From NCBI GenBank assembly GCA_018817715.1, contig JAHITT010000001.1, positions 34,690 through 98,689 of the forward strand: DNA of 64,000 nt, in the 5' to 3' direction. A program made the translations under genes and the position numbers. This DNA is from Patescibacteria group bacterium (lineage in GTDB: Bacteria; Patescibacteriota; Patescibacteriia; Veblenbacterales; UBA10138). Below, piece after piece: positions 10,719 through 20,614 of this stretch (the stretch's first letter is position 1; the number at the start of each line of letters is the position of its first letter). The notes below the pieces were generated by a model that saw only the letters and a list, made by a program, of their open reading frames with translations, was not told where the DNA came from and did not search any database.

Positions 10719-11768
10719 ATGCCTTTGTTTCAACCTCAGGTACAACATTTAGGTTTAGATATAAGCGATCGTTCGCTGAAATTGGTTCAATTTAAAAAAA
10801 ATCTTAAAGGTTTCTTAAGATTACGCGCCTACGCCGATAGTTCTGTACCGGCTGGCGTTTTTTTTGAAGGTGAATTAAAACAACCGGAAATTTTTCAAAA
10901 AATTCTCCAGCAAATGTTAAGTCAACCGAAAGTAGGAAAATTTACCAGTAACAATGTGGTCGCTTGCCTACCCGAAACAAAAACTTTCATCATGACCATC
11001 AATCTGCCGCCAATGCCCCTAAGCGAAATGCCCTTGGCAGTAAAATGGGAGGCGGAACACCACATTCCCATTGCTATTGAAGAAACTTATTGGGATTGGC
11101 AAGCAGTTGGTTCAATTGATACTAAAACCAACAAACAAACTCTTTTGTTGGGGGTAATTCCCAAAAACATTGTTGATTCCTATTCTGTAGCTTTAAAAGA
11201 AGTCGGTCTTATTCCTTTAGCTATGGAAATAGAAGCTTTGGCTATTGCTCGCAGTGTTATAGCTGAACAAGATTTAACTCTCAAACAGTCCGCCTTAATA
11301 ATAGACTTCGGCGCTACCCGCACCAGTTTGATAGTTTTAGATCAACAGGCTATTCAGTTTACCGTCTCCTTACCCATTTCTGGTTTAAATATTACCGCCA
11401 CCCTGGCTAAACAACTAAAAATGACAGAAGTTGAAGCAGAAAAAGCCAAAATTATTTGCGGACTGGACCCCAAACGTTGCCAGGGCGCTATTTACGCCAT
11501 AATGGAATCGGCGATTAATGAACTAATTAAAAAAATTAAAGAATCCATTAACTACCAAATTGATCATTTTCCCGAGCAACCGGTCGGCCAAATTATTTTA
11601 TGCGGTGGCGGTGCTAATTTTGGCAAACTAGATGCCTTGTTATCTAAAGGTCTTAAATTACCGGTTAGAAAAAGTAATGCCTGGCAATATTTGTCCGACG
11701 ACTCACCTTTTAACAAAGAACAGCTTAATTCTTTTGCCACGGCTATTGGCCTGGCCCTGCGGCCTTAA
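10719..11768 (+). CDS. pilM: Type IV pilus assembly protein PilM (actin-like)
   Basis: Motifs GLDISDRSLK, IIDFGATRT, ILCGGGA and ATAIGLALR. Confidence 0.93.
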   Translation: MPLFQPQVQHLGLDISDRSLKLVQFKKNLKGFLRLRAYADSSVPAGVFFEGELKQPEIFQKILQQMLSQPKVGKFTSNNVVACLPETKTFIMTINLPPMPLSEMPLAVKWEAEHHIPIAIEETYWDWQAVGSIDTKTNKQTLLLGVIPKNIVDSYSVALKEVGLIPLAMEIEALAIARSVIAEQDLTLKQSALIIDFGATRTSLIVLDQQAIQFTVSLPISGLNITATLAKQLKMTEVEAEKAKIICGLDPKRCQGAIYAIMESAINELIKKIKESINYQIDHFPEQPVGQIILCGGGANFGKLDALLSKGLKLPVRKSNAWQYLSDDSPFNKEQLNSFATAIGLALRP

Positions 11769-11774
11769 AATACT

Positions 11775-12311
11775 ATGCTGTCCTTAAACTTAAATTTGCT
11801 TTCACCTAACGACCAAAAACAATTAAAACTTGTTTCTTTGTACCGCTACGCCAGAATAATTATTTATCTTTTTTTGGCCTTTTCTCTGCTAGCGGCTGGC
11901 ACAGCTTTTACCGCCCGTTTAATGCTACAGGATAATCTAAATGAACTGCTAGCTACTAGCACGACCATTAACGAGAGAAATAAAACCTTGGACCGCGATA
12001 TTACTAAGCTGAACAATCAACTTAAACACATGTCGGAAATTCAACACGGCTTTATCAATTGGTCTAACTTAGTGTCAGACGTTAGTCTAAACCTACCTTT
12101 AGGTATTGAACTTAGCTATTTAAGTTTAGAAAAAAGTAATGGTTTAACAGTCTATGGTCAAGCTAAACAAAGAGATGATTATTTAACTTTTAAAAATAAT
12201 TTAGCTAAACTGCCCTATTTAAGTAACTTGTCCTCACCTTTATCTAATATTTTAACCAGTCAAAATATTGATTTCCAACTAGCCGGCCAAATTAATCTAA
12301 CAGCTGAATGA
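11775..12311 (+). CDS. pilN: PilN-like alignment protein
   Basis: N-terminal LNLL motif, TM helix, coiled coil; follows pilM. Confidence 0.75.
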   Translation: MLSLNLNLLSPNDQKQLKLVSLYRYARIIIYLFLAFSLLAAGTAFTARLMLQDNLNELLATSTTINERNKTLDRDITKLNNQLKHMSEIQHGFINWSNLVSDVSLNLPLGIELSYLSLEKSNGLTVYGQAKQRDDYLTFKNNLAKLPYLSNLSSPLSNILTSQNIDFQLAGQINLTAE

Positions 12312-12314
12312 TTT

Positions 12315-12875
12315 ATGATGCTTAACGCCTATTTATTAAAAAAACCTCATTTGGTAGCCGGTCTAACAGTCGGCTTGGCTTTACTAACCGTTCTAGGCAC
12401 GATTGGTTTTATTATTTGGCCTAATATTAAAACCATCTTTACCTTAAACCAGCAAATTATGCTGGAACGAGAATCTTTGGAAATGCTATACCAGCGCGGT
12501 CAAAAAATCCGACAAACTACCGCTCAATACGAAAAAATTAAACCCACTTTGGAACAATTTGAAACTATGTTCATAAAGCCCGGTGACGAACTTACTTTTG
12601 TAACTACCTTAGAACAAGTAGCCAAACAAAACAGTGTTAATCAAAAAATAAATCTGGCCAAAACGGATGATAAATTAATCACCAATAAATCTTTAAATCT
12701 ACAAGTTCAAGCAATCGGCCAATTTAACAATCTGCTTAATTACTTAAAAGATTTAGAAAAGCTGGATTATTATTTAAACTTGGAAACCGTACGCTTTAGT
12801 AAACCTGCGGACCAACCTAAAACTAGCGACCTTTTGCAATTAAATTTAGCCGGCACCGCCTTTTATAAATTATGA
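12315..12875 (+). CDS. pilO: PilO-like alignment protein
   Basis: TM helix, coiled coil, GQFNNLLNYLKDLEKL; follows pilN. Confidence 0.75.
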   Translation: MMLNAYLLKKPHLVAGLTVGLALLTVLGTIGFIIWPNIKTIFTLNQQIMLERESLEMLYQRGQKIRQTTAQYEKIKPTLEQFETMFIKPGDELTFVTTLEQVAKQNSVNQKINLAKTDDKLITNKSLNLQVQAIGQFNNLLNYLKDLEKLDYYLNLETVRFSKPADQPKTSDLLQLNLAGTAFYKL

Positions 12876-13264
12876 AACTACCCGACTATTTAACAAAACC
12901 ATTAAAACTAAAAATAAAACCGGACAAACTATTGCCCTGGCTACCTTCGCTTACTTTAGTAATATTATTATTTTTGCTTATTGTTTTAATTGTTTTTTTG
13001 CAACGCAACTTTTATCAAACTTTGGCCCAAGTGCAAGAAGTAAACTTACTGCGCTCCCAAGTTACCCAGTACCGTATTAATGTGCCTTTGTACGAAAAAG
13101 TTTTGTTAAACTGGCAAAACAAAAAAACCGAACTACCCAAGCCAGCTAACCCGATACCTAATCCTTTTTCTTTAAACAAACAAACAGCAGAAGACATTAC
13201 TGAAATCGATAAAGATACTGCTCTAGACAACTCTTCAACTGGAGTTATAAAATCTTTACCTTAA
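12872..13264 (+). CDS. Single-TM protein at the PilP position
   Basis: TM helix and PNPF motif; coupled to pilO. Confidence 0.6.
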   Translation: MKLPDYLTKPLKLKIKPDKLLPWLPSLTLVILLFLLIVLIVFLQRNFYQTLAQVQEVNLLRSQVTQYRINVPLYEKVLLNWQNKKTELPKPANPIPNPFSLNKQTAEDITEIDKDTALDNSSTGVIKSLP

Positions 13265-13298
13265 TCAATCGACTTCGATTTAAATTGTCATTATTAAT

Positions 13299-13538
13299 TT
13301 AACAAACCTCTATTTCCTTAACTTGCGGCAACTTAGCCCGAAGTTGTTTTTTTATATATTGATTAACTGTTAATTTAGACAAAGGACAAGTGGCACACCG
13401 ACCAGTTAATTCTACTTTTACTAGGCCCAACCTAGCGGACCAACTAACAAATTTAACTCCACCCTGATCCTTTTTTAAATAAACTTCCGTTTGCTGCAAA
13501 ACTTTTTTAATTAAACTTTCCTGCTGTTTTATAGTCAT
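13299..13538 (-). CDS. NifU/NfuA C-terminal domain protein
   Basis: YL..DQGGV and GRCATCP (CxxC). Confidence 0.85.
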   Translation of the reverse strand: MTIKQQESLIKKVLQQTEVYLKKDQGGVKFVSWSARLGLVKVELTGRCATCPLSKLTVNQYIKKQLRAKLPQVKEIEVC

Positions 13539-13556
13539 AATTCTATCTGCTAAATT

Positions 13557-14396
13557 CTAATTACCCACCACTACCATAACCTGCTGACCTTCGGTAACCT
13601 TACCACCATTCCAATCATGCACGGCTGTAGCAAAAATACTGGGCCGATAATAATAATTAAAACCATTTTTAGTGCCCGGATCATTGGTTATAAATTCATC
13701 AGTAGTAAAACCCTTTACTACCAGCATATGGTACAAGGGCCCGGGATGTTTAAAATTGGGGTTATTAAGCAAACGACCGGCCGCTGGCAATAAAACCAAC
13801 TTACCCTGCCTTATATAATCCTTTATTTTGACTGCATCATACTCCTCTACTGCTGCGCTTAAACCAAAATAATCTTTCATAATATCCGCCACCTCTTGGG
13901 CTGTGGTATCTTCGTAAAAACCGCGCTCCAGCTTTTGCCAGGCCACCAACTTTAATATTTCCTTGTCAGCATAATCTGGCTCCAAACGACTAACCCGATT
14001 ACCCTTAAAATATTCAGCCGCCATTATCATACTAGCTTCCTCGCAAGCTTCTTGGTAAGGCAAATCCCAATTATATTTAGGCGCCTGTGAAGTAAAAGGT
14101 ACTGGCAAAATTGTTATGGCGTGCTCTATCTTGGGCTCTGAATTATTTTTAGATTCAACTGTTTTTTCAACTTCAGCTGATTTATTTTCAATCACCTGAT
14201 CATTAGTTAATGTTTTTTCTTCTGCCACAGACTCATCTGTATTATCAATTGACTTATTTTTATTATCAACCAATTCTACAATATCAGACTGATTGCCGCC
14301 GACCTCCACCATCTTAGAATTTTTAGCCTGCTGACTAAACCAAAACCACCCCCCCGCAGCCACAACCAACACCATTATAACTAAATATTTTTTCAT
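13557..14396 (-). CDS. Membrane-anchored peptidase C39-like protein
   Basis: Motifs VPFTSQAP, QEACEEAS, YHMLVVKG and ITNDPGT. Confidence 0.85.
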   Translation of the reverse strand: MKKYLVIMVLVVAAGGWFWFSQQAKNSKMVEVGGNQSDIVELVDNKNKSIDNTDESVAEEKTLTNDQVIENKSAEVEKTVESKNNSEPKIEHAITILPVPFTSQAPKYNWDLPYQEACEEASMIMAAEYFKGNRVSRLEPDYADKEILKLVAWQKLERGFYEDTTAQEVADIMKDYFGLSAAVEEYDAVKIKDYIRQGKLVLLPAAGRLLNNPNFKHPGPLYHMLVVKGFTTDEFITNDPGTKNGFNYYYRPSIFATAVHDWNGGKVTEGQQVMVVVGN

Positions 14397-14401
14397 ACAT
14401 C

Positions 14402-14977
14402 TTAACTTAAAACTTCTTGTAATAATTCAGGAAACTCTTCTGTCTTCATATTTTTAAAACAATAATGACCATGATTTGGCAAACTAATAATTTCTCCACC
14501 TAAAGCTTTATTAAAAATTTTTAAACTTTGTTGGCCTTCATCTGCTTCGTCATTGGCTGTAAACATAATTATTTTGCTGACTCGCTCTTTAATCGTAACA
14601 TCGATATCATAAGTATAAAAATTCGGCCGAAAACTATCACCAGTGTGGGCAATTTTCCAAGGCGCCACTAAAATAAGCTTAGCTATTTTTTGCTTGGTTT
14701 CACCTAACCACCTAACCAAAAAAGTGCTACCGCAACTGTGGCCGATTAAAATACTATGTTCATTAACTTCGTACTTTTTAAACTCTTGTTTAAATTTTTG
14801 ATAATCCGGCGCCCAAGGCTCGGGCATTAGCGGCATTTCCGTTGGCACACCTTTGGCTATAAGTTCTTTTTTTAACCAAGGTAACCAATGTTTATCATAA
14901 ATCCTAGTGGCTGGATTCATTCCTTGTTCCACATTAGAAGGACAGCCGTGAATTATAAAACAATTCTTATTATTCAT
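14402..14977 (-). CDS. RBBP9/YdeN-family alpha/beta hydrolase
   Basis: IIHG, W.PWLK, nucleophile elbow GHSCG, C-terminal GH. Confidence 0.85.
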   Translation of the reverse strand: MNNKNCFIIHGCPSNVEQGMNPATRIYDKHWLPWLKKELIAKGVPTEMPLMPEPWAPDYQKFKQEFKKYEVNEHSILIGHSCGSTFLVRWLGETKQKIAKLILVAPWKIAHTGDSFRPNFYTYDIDVTIKERVSKIIMFTANDEADEGQQSLKIFNKALGGEIISLPNHGHYCFKNMKTEEFPELLQEVLS

Positions 14978-14980
14978 AAA

Positions 14981-15292
14981 TTAATCATTTTCCGATCCAG
15001 GAGAACCTTTGGTAAGCCTGGCTTGATATTTTACGATAGCTTGTTTAACCGCTAATTCCAAATCTATATCCAAACCGTTAGCCACGGTAATTAAAGAATA
15101 CAAAACATCGCCCAGTTCTTGTTTTAATTCCTCTTTATATTCAACGGGTTTTTTACCATAATCAGACGACCTTAAAATTTCCTTGGCCACCTCTCCCAAT
15201 TCGGATACCATATCCAATAACTGATATTCCACCGGTCTAATTAAACCATTAACTTGGCAAAAAATTTTAATCTCTTCCTGCAATTTTTTCAT
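14981..15292 (-). CDS. MazG-like nucleotide pyrophosphohydrolase
   Basis: SELGEVAKE and QELGDVLY; start refined to MKKLQEE. Confidence 0.85.
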   Translation of the reverse strand: MKKLQEEIKIFCQVNGLIRPVEYQLLDMVSELGEVAKEILRSSDYGKKPVEYKEELKQELGDVLYSLITVANGLDIDLELAVKQAIVKYQARLTKGSPGSEND

Positions 15293-15296
15293 AAAA

Positions 15297-15935
15297 TTAT
15301 TCAATTATTATAACCTCACCGTCGCGCAAAGCCTTAAATAACATTTTGTTATCAATCATTTGTTTTATTTCCTTGTCTACATCAGCCGATTCCGGATGGT
15401 CCGATTTATAATGTGGCGCAATGGAATAATTAATCAAACCTAAACCTTCCCAAATAGTCTCTCTGTCCGCACCATAAGGCTTTTGGTTAGGATCGTCCAC
15501 TATAGCTAACCCTTTTAAAGTTGGTGATAAAACACACACGCCAGCGCTATAACCAGCGTAGATTATCGGCCGGTCAGATTTTACAAACTCTTTAAGAATT
15601 ACATCTAAACCGCTCAACGCCATAGCTTGTCTAAGCACAAAAGTATTACCACCTTTTACCCAAAAAATGTCATAATTAACTAAAATTTTTTTTAACTCCT
15701 CGATTTTACCAAAATAATGGCGTAAATCCAAAACCTCAGCTGTAATTCCCAAACCCGCCAAATAATTTATTTCCTCCTGCTCACCTTGCTGACGACGTTC
15801 TAAATCATCAAAACAATCCAAAGCATTAGAAATATAAGCCGCTCTTTTATTAGTATTAGCTACCAAGGTCTTAAATTTAACCACATTATCTGGACTGCCA
15901 AATTTATAAGAAGATAAATAAAATTTTACAGACAT
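15297..15935 (-). CDS. Peptidase E (S51) family
   Basis: Motifs VKGGNTF, YAGYSAG and IAPHY. Confidence 0.88.
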   Translation of the reverse strand: MSVKFYLSSYKFGSPDNVVKFKTLVANTNKRAAYISNALDCFDDLERRQQGEQEEINYLAGLGITAEVLDLRHYFGKIEELKKILVNYDIFWVKGGNTFVLRQAMALSGLDVILKEFVKSDRPIIYAGYSAGVCVLSPTLKGLAIVDDPNQKPYGADRETIWEGLGLINYSIAPHYKSDHPESADVDKEIKQMIDNKMLFKALRDGEVIIIE

Positions 15936-15944
15936 AAATCATTT

Positions 15945-16514
15945 TTAAAACAAATCCACACTATGTAGTATTTTACGGCAAGTGCAATAATTCCCCAAAT
16001 GACAAACAGCTAACTTAGAAGCTGTAAAATAAATACTCTCATCCTTACCCTCTATTTCATATTTTCCCAAAGTAATATGAGGATAAAAATTACTAAAACT
16101 GCTTTTCTCTTTATAATTATTTACCCAACACAGAGTCCTCTCATTAATTTCTTCCCCTAAAAAACAATCAACTGTAGAATTGTATGATAAATAAGGTTCC
16201 AGCTTAGTCATTATAGCTTCATGTAAACTTTGTAGTTCTTTGGTATTCACTATTTCAAAGCAAACATGTTTGCCGTCTATTTTATTTATAGTTAACGGTA
16301 ATGGCTTATAGTTCTGCCCTATTTGATTGATTATTTGCTTAACCTTTTCTAAATCTTCTTCCCTTACCACACCCATGCACAGAGAAATATGCGGTAGGCA
16401 ATCCAGCTTATTAAGCCTAATAGCATCACCTGATAACTGGTTATTTATAGCAATGGCTTTATCCATTACTTCCTCGGGCGGTAGAAGAACAATATCAATG
16501 GCTAATTGGGGCAT
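15945..16514 (-). CDS. 2H phosphoesterase / 2'-5' RNA ligase family
   Basis: Two HxS/T motifs, PHISL and PHITL. Confidence 0.85.
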   Translation of the reverse strand: MPQLAIDIVLLPPEEVMDKAIAINNQLSGDAIRLNKLDCLPHISLCMGVVREEDLEKVKQIINQIGQNYKPLPLTINKIDGKHVCFEIVNTKELQSLHEAIMTKLEPYLSYNSTVDCFLGEEINERTLCWVNNYKEKSSFSNFYPHITLGKYEIEGKDESIYFTASKLAVCHLGNYCTCRKILHSVDLF

Positions 16515-16520
16515 AAAAAT

Positions 16521-17018
16521 TTACAAAACTTCATAATTTAAATCGTTAAAAATATCATCTAATAAAAAATCTTTATTATTAAATACGCTCAAAGCTAAGG
16601 TCGTATTAGTTGGCTTATTATATCCAGCATAAATTAGACTATTAATTATTTTATAATTTTTAATCTTACTATTTTTAAAAGATTCTTTAATATGATTATC
16701 TGTTTGATATCTCAAATTATAAAACACTAAACCATAATAACTACACTTTTTAATTTTCTCATAGCTTTTTATTTTTTTATCAAAATCAATAATATATTTA
16801 TTGACAACATTAATTATATTAATTTTTTGTATTTTTACCCCATTACTATATTCTTCCGTACCACTCTTATTTATTTCTTTGATTTCAAAAACAAATCTGT
16901 CATCAACTAAAAAATCCGGAAAATTATTTCCCTTTATTTTCACAATATTCTCACCAACGTTTTTAAAAAAATTACAAAAAGACTCTTCGGTTTTTGTATC
17001 AAATTTTTCTTTGCTCAT
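16521..17018 (-). CDS. Low-GC hypothetical protein, possible PD-(D/E)xK nuclease fold
   Basis: E...PDFLVDDRFVFEIKE resembles a PD-(D/E)xK core; start refined to MSKEKF. Confidence 0.5.
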   Translation of the reverse strand: MSKEKFDTKTEESFCNFFKNVGENIVKIKGNNFPDFLVDDRFVFEIKEINKSGTEEYSNGVKIQKINIINVVNKYIIDFDKKIKSYEKIKKCSYYGLVFYNLRYQTDNHIKESFKNSKIKNYKIINSLIYAGYNKPTNTTLALSVFNNKDFLLDDIFNDLNYEVL

Positions 17019-17206
17019 AAATAAAACAACTAATACTAACATTCTACCTTCTAATACCCCTCCACACAACCCGCTCATGACATTGACAAGATTTTAAAAT
17101 TCTGCTTAAATAAATCGTTATATTAAACTATAAAAGATCGATTATAATTCTCCGATTATTAAAATTAAATCTAAAAACTAATTTAAAAACAAAAAAGGAG
17201 TGTGCA

Positions 17207-17560
17207 ATGGAAAGCTTAATCGAAAAAGTTAACAGTCAGTGTCATGTATTCTTTGGTATAGAAGGCACAAAATTATTCGTGCAAATAGCTACCAGAGAAA
17301 ACGAAATAGCCTATGCTGCAGAAACATCCATTGCAGTAGATCCTAGTGCATCTTATTTAGCCGAAAAAGTATACGATTTATTTCCTGATAGTTTTAAAAA
17401 ATCAGGAATAAAAGCCCCAAAGCAATACTTTGAATGGGATGGACAAAAAGTTTTTAACTCTGGCGAAAAAACAATTATTGACTGTAAAACAGTCAAAGAC
17501 ATATTTCCTAAATTCGGAGCCTTTATATTCTCATTCCTTGCAGAAAACGGCATGGAATAA
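17207..17560 (+). CDS. Orphan hypothetical protein
   Basis: 117 aa with a strong SD (AAAGGAG) 6 nt before ATG, TTGACA at 17083, and hairpin plus T-run at 17592-17625. Confidence 0.7.
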   Translation: MESLIEKVNSQCHVFFGIEGTKLFVQIATRENEIAYAAETSIAVDPSASYLAEKVYDLFPDSFKKSGIKAPKQYFEWDGQKVFNSGEKTIIDCKTVKDIFPKFGAFIFSFLAENGME

Positions 17561-17666
17561 AACGAGAAATGAAAAGCAATAAAAAAGCCATGGTGCTATA
17601 GGTAGATACTTATAGCATCTTTTTATTATTTTACTACCCTCATTCCTCACAACCCACCTAAAACCC

Positions 17667-17695
17667 TTGACTTAAGACAAAGAATAATTTATAAT
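17667..17695 (+). promoter_or_regulatory. sigma70 promoter of rpmA
   Basis: TTGACT-N17-TATAAT. Confidence 0.75.
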
Positions 17696-17748
17696 AATTT
17701 GGCTGATTAAAAACAGCTAAACTTTTCGCAAGTAATTTACTATTAGAT

Positions 17749-18021
17749 ATGGCTCATACAAAAGCAGGCGGCTCTACAACACTAGGCCGCGATTCACAAA
17801 GTAAACGTTTAGGAGTTAAACTTTTTGCCGGACAACCAGCCAAGGCTGGTATGGTTTTGGTTAGACAGCGCGGTACCCGCTTTTTCCCTGGTAAAGGTGT
17901 TAAAAAAGGCGGCGATGATACCTTGTTCGCCACTCAAAACGGCATAGTAAAATTTTACCAACGCTGGCGCAAAAGCTTTACTGGTAAGTTAAAACTTGGT
18001 CGCTACATCAGCGTGGAATAA
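17749..18021 (+). CDS. rpmA: 50S ribosomal protein L27
   Basis: [22 protein letters not shown] and VRQRGT. Confidence 0.98.
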   Translation: MAHTKAGGSTTLGRDSQSKRLGVKLFAGQPAKAGMVLVRQRGTRFFPGKGVKKGGDDTLFATQNGIVKFYQRWRKSFTGKLKLGRYISVE

Positions 18022-18045
18022 ACTAAAAGCAATTACTCTTGATTT

Positions 18046-18082
18046 AAAAAACTCCCCTTGTTACCCAATACGGGAGTTTTTT
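18046..18082. terminator. Bidirectional intrinsic terminator after rpmA
   Basis: AAAAAACTCCC...GGGAGTTTTTT. Confidence 0.75.
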
Positions 18083-18090
18083 GTCTTTAA

Positions 18091-18400
18091 GCCCTGCCGC
18101 TACCCGCAGCTTGGCTTATGGGACAGAAGCCAAGCGAGGACTCTAGCGGCGATTCTTTGTGTTACTTTCTTTAAAGAAAGTAACAGTCATATATATTTAA
18201 TTCATTACTTCTCTAGGAGAAGTAATAGCAAGAGTCGCCACCAGAATTTAAGCCCCTACAGTGCTCGTTGCGGCCGGTACTCGCGCTATGCTAAGCCACC
18301 ACAAACACGCGCTCGTTATACCCGGCCACAACTTCCGCTCTGTCACGTGACTTAAATATGGTGGCAGATAAATTGCTAAAAGGCGGATAGCGGCGGCAGT
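18091..18400 (-). ncRNA. Unclassified structured RNA candidate or palindromic element
   Basis: GC-rich island with a 12-bp closing stem and at least five internal helices; most imperfect pairs are G-U on the - strand. Confidence 0.55.
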
Positions 18401-18430
18401 AGATATAATGTAAACAAATATAAAAACTTA

Positions 18431-18461
18431 AACGCCTCAGTCTAAATTAGACTGAGGCGTT
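18431..18461 (-). terminator. Terminator-like hairpin after pyrG
   Basis: AACGCCTCAGTCTAA-A-TTAGACTGAGGCGTT. Confidence 0.7.
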
Positions 18462-18495
18462 GGTTAATATTTTATCTTGGTAAAGCCAAAAAAAA

Positions 18496-20160
18496 TTACT
18501 TTTTCAAACAGGCTTTTATAAAATCCCTAAACAAAGGATGTGGGCGCAAAGGCCGAGATTGAAACTCAGGGTGAAACTGCGTACCCAACATAAAAGGATG
18601 ATCGGCTAATTCAGCTACTTCCACCAAATCACGTTCCTTGTTTAACCCGGAAAAAATCATACCAGCTTCCTGAAAACTATGGCGGTACTCATTATTAAAT
18701 TCATAGCGATGCCGGTGGCGCTCGGAAATAGTGGCTGTGCCATCCTTATGCTCGGTTAAGGGCACGGCCTGTGGGGCGACTTTAGAGGTATAAGCGCTAT
18801 AAGCCTTAGATTTAGCCTGCAATTGGCAATTATAGGCTCCTAAGCGCATACTAGCGCCCAGATGCTTAGCCTCCAGGTTCTGGCGCTGTTCTGGCATAAT
18901 GTGAATAACCGGATTAGCTGTTTTATTATCAAACTCGGTAGAATTAACTTCCTTGGTATTAAGCAAACGACGACCAAACTCAATGCACATAATTTGCATC
19001 CCCAAACACAAACCAAAATAAGGAATCTTATTATCCCTGGCATAAGCCGCCGCCATTATTTTGCCCTCGATCCCCCGATTGCCAAAACCACCCGGTACCA
19101 CAATACCATCAGCTTGTTTTAAGCGAGTCCATTCTTTTTTATCCTTGCTTTCTAATTTTTCCGAATCAATATCAATAATATTTAATTTAGATGCCTGCCA
19201 AGCGCTAGCCGCCTTTAAAGCTTCATGAACACTAATGTAAGCATCGCCGTGTGCCGTGTACTTACCCACCAAAGCCACAGTTATTTTTTTGGCCTTGGGA
19301 TTATGAATCCGACGCACTAAAGTTCGCCAAGCTGACAAATCAACTTTTTTCGGTTTTAATTTAAAATGTTTGTAAATAAGTTCAGACACATTATTTTTTT
19401 CCAAATCCAAAGGCACTTCATAAATAGACTTTAAAGTCGGACAAGGCAAGGCGTTGGGCAAAGGCACATCGCAAAACAAAGCAATTTTATGCAAAACATC
19501 TTTGGGAATTTTTTTAGCCGCCCGAGCCAAAATTATATCCGGCTGAATACCGGCCCGATGCAATTCTCTAACGGCCATTTGTGTAGGTTTGGTTTTATAT
19601 TCTTCCGAAGTTTCCAAATGCGGCAACAGCGTTACCAAGGCGAACATTACGTTGTCCGGACCAGATTCACGATGAAACTGCCGAGCCGCTTCCAAATACG
19701 GCTCCCCTTCAATATCGCCGACTGTACCGCCAATTTCTATTAACAAAAAATCCGCTTTGGTGCGCTGGGCCGTTTCGGTTATTTTATTTTTTATAAAACC
19801 GGTAATATGCGGGATTACCTGAATAGTTCGGCCTAAATAAGCCCCCTCCCGTTCGTCTAATAGAATTTTTTGATAAACCTGACCAGTGGTTAAGTTAGAT
19901 AAACGAGACAAAGGCTCGTCAATAAATCTTTCATAATGTCCTAAATCCAAATCCGCTTCATAACCATCGTCGGTTACAAAAACTTCGCCGTGTTGAAACG
20001 GGCTCATGGTCCCGGGATCAATATTCAAATAAGGGTCTAATTTTAAAACTGTAACGCTGTAACCGGCTGTTTTTAAAATAGCACCAATAGAAGCCATGGC
20101 CGTGCCCTTACCCAAACCCGAACAAACTCCGCCGGTTACAAAAATGTATTTGGTGGACAT
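18496..20160 (-). CDS. pyrG: CTP synthase
   Basis: Motifs KYIFVTGGV.SGLGKG, DLDLGHYERF, GLCLGMQ, ERHRHRYE and QFHPEF; start refined to MSTKY. Confidence 0.98.
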   Translation of the reverse strand: MSTKYIFVTGGVCSGLGKGTAMASIGAILKTAGYSVTVLKLDPYLNIDPGTMSPFQHGEVFVTDDGYEADLDLGHYERFIDEPLSRLSNLTTGQVYQKILLDEREGAYLGRTIQVIPHITGFIKNKITETAQRTKADFLLIEIGGTVGDIEGEPYLEAARQFHRESGPDNVMFALVTLLPHLETSEEYKTKPTQMAVRELHRAGIQPDIILARAAKKIPKDVLHKIALFCDVPLPNALPCPTLKSIYEVPLDLEKNNVSELIYKHFKLKPKKVDLSAWRTLVRRIHNPKAKKITVALVGKYTAHGDAYISVHEALKAASAWQASKLNIIDIDSEKLESKDKKEWTRLKQADGIVVPGGFGNRGIEGKIMAAAYARDNKIPYFGLCLGMQIMCIEFGRRLLNTKEVNSTEFDNKTANPVIHIMPEQRQNLEAKHLGASMRLGAYNCQLQAKSKAYSAYTSKVAPQAVPLTEHKDGTATISERHRHRYEFNNEYRHSFQEAGMIFSGLNKERDLVEVAELADHPFMLGTQFHPEFQSRPLRPHPLFRDFIKACLKK

Positions 20161-20164
20161 AAAA

Positions 20165-20611
20165 TTATTCTGCTTCAATTATTACTTTTAGATTGACTGA
20201 CTCGTTAGAAGCCAAATTTACCTTAACCGTATGGCTACCAATAGTTTTTATATTATGACAACCGATTATTTGGCTGGCTTCTAACTTTAAACCGCCCGCC
20301 TTATTAATAGCCGCCAACACCTGCTCGGCCGAAACAGCTGCATACAACGTACTAGCCGACGAAGCTTTGGCTTGTAAATTAATTACCAAACCCTGCAAAC
20401 GTTGCTTAGTTTCGGTAAGTAAATTAACTTGAGCCAATAGTTGTTTTTTTTGCTTAGCAATATTAAGTTCCGCCTGTTTTAGAGTTTGGCTAGTGGCCCT
20501 AATAGCTAACTTATTAGGCAATAAATAATTCAAAGCAAAGCCGTCGCTTACCTCTTTGGTCTGATTTTTTTTACCGATATTAGGTACGTCTTTTAAGAAA
20601 ATAATTTTCAT
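20165..20611 (-). CDS. rplI: 50S ribosomal protein L9
   Basis: MKIIFLKDV..IGK, VSDGFALNYLLP and IKTIGSH. Confidence 0.96.
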   Translation of the reverse strand: MKIIFLKDVPNIGKKNQTKEVSDGFALNYLLPNKLAIRATSQTLKQAELNIAKQKKQLLAQVNLLTETKQRLQGLVINLQAKASSASTLYAAVSAEQVLAAINKAGGLKLEASQIIGCHNIKTIGSHTVKVNLASNESVNLKVIIEAE

Positions 20612-20614
20612 AAG

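Noticed and set aside
18234-18256. - strand GGGGCTTAAATTCTGGTGGCGAC resembles the 5' end of tmRNA
   Set aside because: There is no T-arm or acceptor 3' end (GTTCRA...CCACCA) at a suitable distance and no convincing tag reading frame; the segment is internal to a larger fold.
17996-18355. 119-aa ORF in the track after rpmA
   Set aside because: It has a non-ATG start, runs through a terminator and has atypical composition; it is better explained by the structured element.
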